Shown here in pieces: positions 52,397 to 60,089 of a stretch of DNA of 64,000 bases. Below the pieces are notes generated by a model. The model was not told where the DNA came from. It did not search any database and worked only from the letters and a program-made list of their open reading frames with translations. The position numbers and the translations under genes are program-made. Location: NCBI GenBank assembly GCA_965230295.1, contig OZ246001.1, forward strand, positions 160,001 through 224,000, written 5' to 3'. This DNA comes from Marinicella sp. (lineage in GTDB: Bacteria > Pseudomonadota > Gammaproteobacteria > Xanthomonadales > Marinicellaceae). The first letter of the stretch is position 1. Every line of letters begins with the position of its first letter.

Positions 52397-53692
52397 TCAA
52401 GCCAAAAAAACAAAGCGCAGGGCAAAACACACGGCAATCAACCAAACACTGATCGGCACTTGCTGAGCCTGGCCGGTCAAGGTTTTCACCAACACGTATG
52501 ATATGAATCCGACTGCAATGCCATCTGAGATAGAAAAGCTGAATGGCATGATCAGCGCCGTCAGTAAGACTGGAATGTATTCACTGACATCTGCCCAATT
52601 CACTGTTCGCAATGCTGACATCATCAACATGGCCACAAACAACAAAGCCGACGCCGTGGCATAAGGAGGGATCATGCTGGCCACTGGTGACAAAAACAAT
52701 GCCACAACAAACAACACCGAAACCGTTAAAGCAGTGAGCCCCGTTCTGCCGCCTGCGGTCACACCGGCACCACTTTCAATGTAACTGGTGGTGGTGGATG
52801 TGCCCAATGCAGCACCTGCAATGGTGGCACTGGAATCAGCCAGCATGGCACGGCCAGCTTTCGGTAAATGGCCTTTGTCATCAAGCAGATCTGCTTGGTC
52901 TGCGACCGCGACCAAGGTGCCTGAGGTATCAAACAAATCAACAAACAAGAAGGCAATGATGACAGGCCACAATGCCAAATCCATGATCACTCGCCATTCA
53001 AGTTGAAATAAAGTGGGTGATATCGTTGGTGGTGCCGAGATCAAACCTTGGTATTGAACCAAACCCAACAACCAAGCCAAGAACGTCACCAACACAATTC
53101 CAATGATGATGGCTGCATTGAGCTTTTTGTGGTGTAACACCACAATAATGAAAAAGCCCAAAAAGGCCAGCAACACTTCGGGAGATTTAAAGTCGCCCAA
53201 GCCCACCAATGTGGCCTCATTATTGATGATGATTCCGGCATTTTGTAAAGCTATCATGGCCAAAAATAAACCAATGCCAATTGAAATGGCGGTCTTCAAA
53301 CTGCGTGGCATGGTGTTGATCAGCCATTGTCTTAACTTGAAAACACTGAGCAACAAAAAGAGCACCCCAGACCACAGTACACAACCCAATGCCACTTGCC
53401 AACTGTGCCCCATGGCACCGACCACACCAAAGGTGAAAAAAGCATTCAGCCCCATTCCCGGCGCCAAGGCAATGGGGTAATTGGCCAACAAACCCATCAA
53501 AGCACTGCCAATGGCCGCTGCCAGACAGGTAGCAACAAACACCGCACCTGCATCCATACCAGTGGTCGATAGCATGTTGGGGTTGACCACAATGATGTAA
53601 GCCATGGCCAAAAATGTCGACAGGCCTGCGGTCAATTCTTGTTTAACAGTCGTGTTGTGAGCCGATAAGTTGAACCACTGATTCAACATCAT
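52397..53692 (-). CDS. NCS2/AzgA-family purine permease
   Basis: MAYIIVVNP, LAPGMGLNAFF, FDTSGTL, YIESGAGV..GGRTG. Confidence 0.93.
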   Translation of the reverse strand: MMLNQWFNLSAHNTTVKQELTAGLSTFLAMAYIIVVNPNMLSTTGMDAGAVFVATCLAAAIGSALMGLLANYPIALAPGMGLNAFFTFGVVGAMGHSWQVALGCVLWSGVLFLLLSVFKLRQWLINTMPRSLKTAISIGIGLFLAMIALQNAGIIINNEATLVGLGDFKSPEVLLAFLGFFIIVVLHHKKLNAAIIIGIVLVTFLAWLLGLVQYQGLISAPPTISPTLFQLEWRVIMDLALWPVIIAFLFVDLFDTSGTLVAVADQADLLDDKGHLPKAGRAMLADSSATIAGAALGTSTTTSYIESGAGVTAGGRTGLTALTVSVLFVVALFLSPVASMIPPYATASALLFVAMLMMSALRTVNWADVSEYIPVLLTALIMPFSFSISDGIAVGFISYVLVKTLTGQAQQVPISVWLIAVCFALRFVFLA

Positions 53693-54093
53693 GGGCTCCC
53701 TGCATTGTTAACCCATTCCACACTGGACAAGGGTACACTGACCTGAATCACAGTACCACCAAACTTTCCGGAAAAACTCAAATGTTCTTCCAATACTTTC
53801 AAGTGATTGATCGACGTGGGTGACAAATTAAACTCCAAATGTGTTTTGTCTTGTGGTTGGATTGGAGGATCAAAATGAATGTCTTGGGTGATGGCTTTTA
53901 TTTTGGGCTTTTGTCCTTGCTGATGGATGGCCATATAGGTTTGGTAAAACTGCTGTTCAATTTCACTGCCCTGAGCTGCCGGTTCTAATCCTGCAAAATT
54001 ATTTTTCTTTAAAGACCATTGCATCATGCGGTTGAATTGAGTGATCAACACAAAGATCACCACCAACAGCGCAATGAGGATGTATTCCATCAT
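53689..54093 (-). CDS. Membrane-anchored SspB-like protein
   Basis: N-terminal TM; FNLSPTSINHL...LSFSGKFGG...VSVPLSSV resembles the SspB core. Confidence 0.6.
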   Translation of the reverse strand: MMEYILIALLVVIFVLITQFNRMMQWSLKKNNFAGLEPAAQGSEIEQQFYQTYMAIHQQGQKPKIKAITQDIHFDPPIQPQDKTHLEFNLSPTSINHLKVLEEHLSFSGKFGGTVIQVSVPLSSVEWVNNAGSP

Positions 54094-54133
54094 GATATTC
54101 TTAATTCAATAAATCGATAGGAGATCAATTCTA

Positions 54134-55474
54134 TCAGGATTCTACCAACAACAGTTTTAATCTTCTTTGGGTATAGACCCACGCCACCAAAGAACTGGCC
54201 AGAACAATGGCCACGATGGCCCAAAATATCGAATACAACCCATAATCCATCAGCTCAATCAACACATAAAAAGCCGCAATCGGTAGTACCATCTGACGCA
54301 AGATACCAATCACCAATGGAAACAAAGGTTGTTTGACCGCCTGTAACAAAGCATTGGAACAAAACAGCATCATATAGCCATAAAAGGCAAAGGCATCGGC
54401 CCGGAGGTAATACACCCCCACATCAACAATGGTTTGGCTGTTGCTGAACTGGGTCATCATCAAGGGCGATAAAAAGATCATGGTCGGAATGAACACCACC
54501 GAGATCATGGCCGCCACTTTCAGTGATTTATAATAAATCTCCTTAACCCGCTCGATGTTGCCCGCACCATAGTTCTGACCCACCAAGGCCATCACCGCTG
54601 CATTTAAACCCAAGGCCGGCATCAACAACAACTGTTCAATCCGAATACCCACTGAATAACCAGCCACCGGACCATCTCCGAATTGTGAGATGAAATAAAT
54701 GGTGATGAAACCACCAATGATGATGGTCAACATGTTCATACTGGCCGGCATGATTTGGGCCAACAGTTGTTTCCAATGGTCCCAATTAAAAGCAGGCTTA
54801 GACCAGGCATTGACTTCACTTTTTAACACCATCAACAGGTAGATCGAAGACCCGGCTTTGATGATCAAAGTGGACCAGGCCAAACCGGCCACACCAAAAT
54901 CCAACACAAAAATAAACAAGGGATTCAACAACCAATTGGCAAAGAAGCCTACAATCAAAACATTGCGGTAGCTGACGGTGTTGCCATGGGCGATCAAGGC
55001 ACCGGCAAAACAACTGGTTAAATTAAAAAACACATTACCGATCAGAATGATCGAAGTGTAGTCCCAGGCCACCCCAACGATGGTCTGATCTTCACTGAGG
55101 TAATTCAACAGATCCAAAGCATAAAGCCACCCCAACAGCAAAATAACCGCCGAGAGAAACCAGGTGATGCCATGCGAGCAATTGATCCAGGCAATCACAT
55201 TGTCCCGGTTCTTCTTACCCACATCAGCTGCCACCATGGCAGAGGTTCCACTTTGTAGGCCCATCCCCAAAGCCAAAAACAAGGCGAACACAATGCTGGC
55301 GATCGATAACCCTGACAAAGCCACATCTGAGATCTGCCCGGCAAACCAATTGTCAGTGAGGTTGTATAAGGTATTGAACACCATGCCCAACGCCGCCGGT
55401 ATGCCGATGCGGATCATGTGTTGGTACACCGAACCTCGGGTCAAGTCTTTTTCTTCAGCAGTGGCTGCTTTCAT
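54134..55474 (-). CDS. MATE family efflux transporter
   Basis: DLTRGS, YNLTDNWF, GVAGLAWST, VGQNYGAGN. Confidence 0.93.
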   Translation of the reverse strand: MKAATAEEKDLTRGSVYQHMIRIGIPAALGMVFNTLYNLTDNWFAGQISDVALSGLSIASIVFALFLALGMGLQSGTSAMVAADVGKKNRDNVIAWINCSHGITWFLSAVILLLGWLYALDLLNYLSEDQTIVGVAWDYTSIILIGNVFFNLTSCFAGALIAHGNTVSYRNVLIVGFFANWLLNPLFIFVLDFGVAGLAWSTLIIKAGSSIYLLMVLKSEVNAWSKPAFNWDHWKQLLAQIMPASMNMLTIIIGGFITIYFISQFGDGPVAGYSVGIRIEQLLLMPALGLNAAVMALVGQNYGAGNIERVKEIYYKSLKVAAMISVVFIPTMIFLSPLMMTQFSNSQTIVDVGVYYLRADAFAFYGYMMLFCSNALLQAVKQPLFPLVIGILRQMVLPIAAFYVLIELMDYGLYSIFWAIVAIVLASSLVAWVYTQRRLKLLLVES

Positions 55475-55525
55475 ATTGGGATGGTCAAGTAAGGTTGAAA
55501 ATAATTGTATCAGATTGCTGCTAAA

Positions 55526-55550
55526 CGTTCACTGAGCGAAGTCGAAGTGA
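55526..55550. repeat. REP-like palindrome
   Basis: cgttcactgagcgaagtcgaagtga, same family as 16942 and 42212. Confidence 0.7.
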
Positions 55551-55578
55551 TTCACCTGTTTGCAGTTAATCGTAGACT

Positions 55579-56067
55579 TCAATTCGATCCATTGGTCACT
55601 TCACGGTGGTAAAAATCCTTGATACAACTTAGACAAATATTGGCTTCATCGCTGGCAATAATTACTCCAATATCTTCAATAAAAGGAGACTTCTTACAAA
55701 AAGAGCAGTTATGCTCATCAAACTCCAACGCAGCTTCATCACATTCCTTAATCGCATCAGTTTTACTGTAATCGGTTTTTAACCAACATTTGCTAATTCC
55801 GTTGTAATATTTTTCTGCATATGCTTTGACCTCTGATACCGAGTCTCTTTCAATGATGGCTGTGATGAGCTCCCACTCCATGTCGCAATGAGCTAAATGA
55901 AATTTTTGAGTTTCTAAGTGAAAACAAATTGCCAATCTGGGCACTTTGCCAAGCCATTCACCACCTACATTGATGCTTTTATTTTCAACATACACTATTG
56001 AATCATCCACATCCGCATATTCGATTACATACGAAGGGTAAAACAAGACTAAAGGCGGTTTACCCAT
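55579..56067 (-). CDS. Protein with C-terminal ClpX-type C4 zinc finger
   Basis: CSFCKK-X-ICLSC; lower-GC gene. Confidence 0.75.
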   Translation of the reverse strand: MGKPPLVLFYPSYVIEYADVDDSIVYVENKSINVGGEWLGKVPRLAICFHLETQKFHLAHCDMEWELITAIIERDSVSEVKAYAEKYYNGISKCWLKTDYSKTDAIKECDEAALEFDEHNCSFCKKSPFIEDIGVIIASDEANICLSCIKDFYHREVTNGSN

Positions 56068-56178
56068 AATTACTTACTTAAACACATGGTTGAAAGAACT
56101 TAATACAGTGGCTGTGGACATTTTTTTGTTTGATTGATGGGTATGAATATAATTCTAGCAGAAAACCCAATGGTGGCC

Positions 56179-56706
56179 CTAACCCTGATACCAGTTTAAG
56201 ATCACTTGGGCCGATTCTTCAGCCGTGAGTTGTCCTGTATCAAGGACCAAATCGGGCTCACAAAACTTGGGGAAGTCAAAACACCCGTCGGTTTTGAGTT
56301 GTTGGTATAAGTCCGGATCGGTTAATTTGCCAAATTGATGCCTGCTGTCTGCACCCATTCTGTTGACCAGTTGATCTTCTGAGCACTGCAATTCAATGTA
56401 ATATACCGTACCCTTTGCTTGGGCAATATGAGACGTCACCTTTTTGATCAATTCAGGATCAACCGTATTTTCTGGATTGAAAGTGAAAACAAAGGACTGT
56501 TGTTGGTCCGCAGCTGCTGCAAAAGCAGCCAACCACATGTCGGCCCTCAGTTGCTTGAATCCAGGTGTACCAAACTCAAACAGCGACTTGACCGCATCAA
56601 CCACCAGGTGATTGTGAAACAACGGCATGGCCAACGCTTCACTAACCAGCGAACCGACGGTGTATTTACCAGCGGCTGCTGGTCCATAGATAAACAAAAC
56701 GTCCAT
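56179..56706 (-). CDS. P-loop kinase/AAA-family protein (shikimate-kinase-like)
   Basis: YGPAAAGKYT, LFHNHL, SRHQFGKL; start moved to ATG 56706. Confidence 0.8.
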   Translation of the reverse strand: MDVLFIYGPAAAGKYTVGSLVSEALAMPLFHNHLVVDAVKSLFEFGTPGFKQLRADMWLAAFAAAADQQQSFVFTFNPENTVDPELIKKVTSHIAQAKGTVYYIELQCSEDQLVNRMGADSRHQFGKLTDPDLYQQLKTDGCFDFPKFCEPDLVLDTGQLTAEESAQVILNWYQG

Positions 56707-56817
56707 GTAGATATTGTGAAAAGTTATGTTTCTAAAAGCAAGCGTAAATAACAAACAGTTACAGGTTATTAATTTTTGTCATTGCGAGCGCAGCGCGGCA
56801 ATCTCCAAAACTTTTGA

Positions 56818-57160
56818 GGCTTCCTAAAGGGGCCTACTTTTGGTCGCCTTAGATTAATTGCAGGAATATGAAATCAAACCAATTGGACAATGAAACCAGT
56901 TTCAATGGATCATCAATAGATCAAACACCAACTGCATGGATCCCGGATCAAGTCCGGGATGACGAAAAAGTAGTAACCATTACATCAAAAAATCTTTCTC
57001 CGTCATCCTCGGGCTTCCTTAAGGGACCTACTTTTGGTCACCTTAGAGTAATTGCAGGAATATGAAATCAAACCAATTGGACAATGAAACCAGTTTCAAT
57101 GGATCATCAATAGATCAAACGCCAACTGCCTGGATCCCGGATCAGGTCCGGGATGACGAA
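56818..57160. repeat. Tandem duplication (~149-bp unit, 194-bp period) containing REP palindromes (BIME-like)
   Basis: Near-identical units at 56818-56966 and 57012-57160, each ending ggatcccggatcaRgtccgggatgacg. Confidence 0.9.
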
Positions 57161-57174
57161 GATGACACAGGCAT

Positions 57175-57208
57175 AAAAAAACCCACAACACCTAACGATG
57201 CTGTGGGT
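57175..57208 (-). terminator. Intrinsic terminator after the slipin gene
   Basis: Minus strand acccacagca-...-tgttgtgggt followed by a T run. Confidence 0.8.
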
Positions 57209-57224
57209 CACAGGTGGACGAACA

Positions 57225-58364
57225 TCAAACATTCAATTTGATATTCTCCTTGGTCAAGCCATCCAAACCTCCGAAAACGGTGATGTTGCTGACTTTGTCG
57301 GCCACTTTTTCCAAAGTTTCCAACTCTTTCAAACGTCTCAAAGTTTCGCTTTGATCCATTAACTTTGCGGTGTTCAACAAAGAACGGGTCGCAGCGGTTT
57401 CTTCGCGGCGTTTGATGATGTTGGCTTTAGCTGCTTTTTCGGCCTCAACCACTTGATTCAAAATGGTTTTCATCTCGCCAGGCAAGATGATGTCTTTGAC
57501 ACCCACTTCGACCAAGGTCAAACCAAATTCAGCCACTTTTTTGGCCACAAAACCACGCACAAAAGTGTCAATGGCTTCTTTATCTGCCAACAAAGCGTCC
57601 AACACTTTGGTACCGATGGCTTTTCGCAAGGCCAACTGCAAGGCGTTGTACAAGAATTCCTTGTAGTTCGCCAACTCAGTCACCGCAGTCACCACGTCGC
57701 TTACTTTAAAAGTGGCAGACAAGTTAACCCTTAAGCTCACTTTGTCTTTGGTCAAGATTTCCTGACCGGCCACTTCCATGGTTTGCGCACGGGTATCAAC
57801 GACTTCCACTGCGACAGATTGGTTGTAATTCCAAAAACCGTATTTACCGGCTTTCAAAGTACGTACCAACTGACCATCGATGAACAACAAGCCGACTTGC
57901 TGGTTGGTCACCTCTTTGGTCACCATACCTGCAGACAAGACAGAGGCTTTGGCCGCTTTGGCCAACACCTTCATGTCTTTGGCAGACACTTCGATCTGCT
58001 CAGTGACATTGATGCGTCTGACTTCCACCTGAGCCGCGGTGTTCCAAAACCACTTTTCAGATTGAGGTTTAATCAAATCACTGAATTGACCATCTACATA
58101 GATCAAGGCCACCTCGTTTTCATCGGTGTTGATCACTGTGTAGAAATCTTCGCACAAGCTTGCTTTGTTCCTCAACAACACTTTGACGTCTTTCTGGGTG
58201 ATTTCAGTCGCGGTGATGTCGAATAAACGCACTTTCATGCGGTTACCGAAATCCCAAAACTGGTGTACACCGGCTGTCAAAACAGCTGTCAATTGTCGAT
58301 CGCGAAACAACAAAGCACGTTCGTTGTCAGCAACCACTATTCTTTTTCTAAAAATCATTTTCAT
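57225..58364 (-). CDS. Slipin-family SPFH (band 7) protein
   Basis: Repeated ERALL/GLL beta units, GQEILTKDKVSLRVN, GVKDIILPGEMK, RREETAATRSLLNTAKLM. Confidence 0.92.
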   Translation of the reverse strand: MKMIFRKRIVVADNERALLFRDRQLTAVLTAGVHQFWDFGNRMKVRLFDITATEITQKDVKVLLRNKASLCEDFYTVINTDENEVALIYVDGQFSDLIKPQSEKWFWNTAAQVEVRRINVTEQIEVSAKDMKVLAKAAKASVLSAGMVTKEVTNQQVGLLFIDGQLVRTLKAGKYGFWNYNQSVAVEVVDTRAQTMEVAGQEILTKDKVSLRVNLSATFKVSDVVTAVTELANYKEFLYNALQLALRKAIGTKVLDALLADKEAIDTFVRGFVAKKVAEFGLTLVEVGVKDIILPGEMKTILNQVVEAEKAAKANIIKRREETAATRSLLNTAKLMDQSETLRRLKELETLEKVADKVSNITVFGGLDGLTKENIKLNV

Positions 58365-58379
58365 ATATCCTGTGCGAAT

Positions 58380-58527
58380 AGGAATGTTCTTGGGGCTTCA
58401 TTCACTTTTGTTGCAACAAAAGTGAAAGCGACCGCGGCAAACATGTGTTGAGTTTTCGCTCGCACCTTTCTGACACAGCTCCGCTGTGCCAACCAAGGTG
58501 GCTGGTCAATTTAGTCACAAGTTTTTC
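58380..58527 (-). repeat. Diverged copy E of the dispersed repeat, just upstream of the slipin RBS
   Basis: aggaatgttcttggggcttcattcacttttgttgcaacaaaagtgaaagcgaccgcggc. Confidence 0.85.
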
Positions 58528-58578
58528 CGTTAGCACTGCTAATTAAACTCAGTCATTAATAAAACCTCGTATATCGTT

Positions 58579-58601
58579 AAAAAATACACCTTCTTGGGTG
58601 T
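58579..58601 (-). terminator. Putative terminator at the 3' end of the large structured RNA
   Basis: Minus strand acacc-caagaa-ggtgt-attttttt-like (short stem). Confidence 0.45.
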
Positions 58602-58910
58602 TCTGTTCCATGCCTCTCGACATGGGACCGATGCCAGGACCTCCTGACATCGGCAAAGCTTCCTTTCTTTCACCTACCTACCACTGATACCAAGCCATCC
58701 TGATACCAGCCACTTACGCTCTCTCGCCAACCGCACCACCGCAGGCCATCCTGCGTTGGCTTTGATAGACTCAGGCTTAGACAAGCTCAACCATCGTCAA
58801 TCATGTGGAAGATCAGTCTCACGACCACCCAGTGGCCCATGAAGGGTTGTTCTGGTTCCACCAGGTCATGAAGTCACTCAAATCCTTGTGTGTCTGATAC
58901 GTCCTGAGCA

Positions 58911-59056
58911 AGAATGTTCTTGGGGCTTCATTTACTTTTGAAAAATCAAAAGTAAAAGCGCCCACTGCGAACATCTCTCATGTCTATGCCCTCAACTTTC
59001 TGACTCGGTTAATCCTCGCCAACCAAGTTGATGGGGCGAACTGAATTCAGTTCGCC
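58911..59056 (-). repeat. Diverged copy F of the dispersed repeat, inside the putative ncRNA
   Basis: agaatgttcttggggcttcatttacttttgaaaaatcaaaagtaaaagcgcccactgcgaacat. Confidence 0.8.
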
Positions 59057-59314
59057 TAGGTTTGTACCCTGACTTCAATCAGTGGTTTCTCAATTCGGCC
59101 CCAACGGCTCGAAAAGCAGACCAATGCTTCATTGGCAAGAAAGCATGCTGTCTGAGCCATGCCTTCCTGAGTGGTCGTTGTTAGTCGACTGCCTTGTCGT
59201 TGCTACATGTTGGTAGCAATGGGCTTCTCGCCCACCCAACTGAGACTGACCTGTGATGTTTAAAGACGTCACACGTCTGGCTTAGATAGGGCTCTCGCCT
59301 TGGTGCCTTTCGGC

Positions 59315-59388
59315 TGGTTTTTGAGCAGGAGTCGAACCTGCGACAAGCAAATTACAATGTTGCTGCTCTACCTCTGAGCTATCAATCG
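59315..59388 (-). tRNA. Degenerate tRNA-like element (TGT anticodon position, Thr-like), ending in CCA
   Basis: Minus strand: TA-GCTC-AGAGGTA-GAGC, GCAAC-ATTGTAA-TTTGC, GCAGG-TTCGACT-CCTGC, ...CCA; acceptor stem only 4 bp. Confidence 0.7.
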
Positions 59389-59459
59389 TCTTAGAGATGG
59401 ATTCGAACCACCGTATAATTAATCCTAAGTTAATCGCCGTACCACTTGGCTATCTAAGT
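59387..59459 (-). tRNA. Degenerate tRNA-like element (TAG anticodon position, Leu-like D arm, short variable loop)
   Basis: Minus strand: CTTAGA-TA-GCCAAGTGGTACGGC, ATTAA-CTTAGGA-TTAAT, GGTGG-TTCGAAT-CCATC-TCTAAG; no encoded CCA. Confidence 0.7.
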
Positions 59460-59592
59460 ACCCAATCACCTGGCATACACACCAATAAAACTGGCTGCAC
59501 CGGCCTGCCATCCAGAGACAGGTCCATAAGGGATTTGGATCCTTTGCCATCAATATTCACAACATGAATTTTGATGAAAATATTTCGGGCAT

Positions 59593-59681
59593 AAAAAAAC
59601 CCGATGGAATGACCTATCGGGCTTTACGAAAAAGATTCCTGAAAGGCCATTCAATGCCTTTCAAGATTTTTGAAGGGCATT
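59593..59681 (-). promoter_or_regulatory. Transcription attenuator (alternative hairpins plus intrinsic terminator at 59593-59622)
   Basis: Overlapping pairings 59670-59681/59653-59664, 59656-59664/59639-59647, 59644-59652/59607-59615 and terminator gcccgat...atcgggt followed by a T run. Confidence 0.75.
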
Positions 59682-59778
59682 AAATCAACTGCATACCACG
59701 CAGCACGTTCGAGTCATGACTCGGACATGTCGCTTGCCAGCTAGTGGCAATTTTTATGTTGAAATAATTTAAATTCAT
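59680..59778 (-). CDS. Putative leader peptide (32 aa) MNLNYFNIKIATSWQATCPSHDSNVLRGMQLI
   Basis: ATG..TAA ORF between the promoter and the attenuator; stop codon overlaps the first hairpin strand. Confidence 0.65.
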   Translation of the reverse strand: MNLNYFNIKIATSWQATCPSHDSNVLRGMQLI

Positions 59779-59823
59779 AATTTTATTTTTGTTGTGGTCC
59801 GAAGACCTGTTTCAATTAAGGTA

Positions 59824-59878
59824 GCGCATTCTACGCCGTTGTTTTTCGGAGTCAAGATATTTTTAACATTTTTTTAAC
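59824..59878 (-). promoter_or_regulatory. Stable-RNA-type sigma70 promoter
   Basis: Minus strand TTGACT-16-TAGAAT followed by a GCGC discriminator; A-tracts upstream (UP-like). Confidence 0.7.
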
Positions 59879-60070
59879 ATCATGCCGGCGCAGGCCGGGA
59901 TCCAGCCTCTTTAAGAAATTAATACAGTAAAACTTAAAACCACATAAAAACTCTTTCGCTAAACCATTGTAATTATTGATGTTTCATTCACCAAATTTAA
60001 TTTGCTTTTGACAATAAGACAGTGGATACCGTCCCCTGTTTTCACGAGGGGCAGGCTCTACGCCGGTCAT
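59878..60070. repeat. Degenerate REP-like pair
   Basis: catcatgccggcgcaggccgggatccag (~59878) and tggataccg...cgccggtcat (~60023-60070, interrupted). Confidence 0.5.
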
Positions 60071-60089
60071 TCGATGTTTCAAGAAAATC

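Larger units (their letters stand above)
58579..59314 (-). ncRNA. Putative large structured non-coding RNA (~730 nt including a ~145-nt repeat insert)
   Basis: No ORF of 60 aa or more; long-range helices 58811-58821/59241-59251 and 58821-58832/59167-59178; GNRA hairpins; many local stems; starts right after a tRNA-like CCA. Confidence 0.65.

Noticed and set aside
56868-57065. 65-aa ORF
   Set aside because: Lies entirely in the REP-containing tandem repeat (WIPDQVRDD is translated REP sequence)
56818-57160. Possible CRISPR array
   Set aside because: Only two long units whose internal sequence is near-identical (no unique spacers), and no cas genes in the window
58579-59314. Group II intron (GUGUG at 59270-59274 on the minus strand)
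   Set aside because: No recognisable domain V/VI, no RT ORF and no interrupted gene. Judged by eye only; cmscan is still advised
59315-59459. Functional tRNA-Thr and tRNA-Leu genes
   Set aside because: One has a defective acceptor stem; the other lacks the long variable arm and CCA. Treated as tRNA-like
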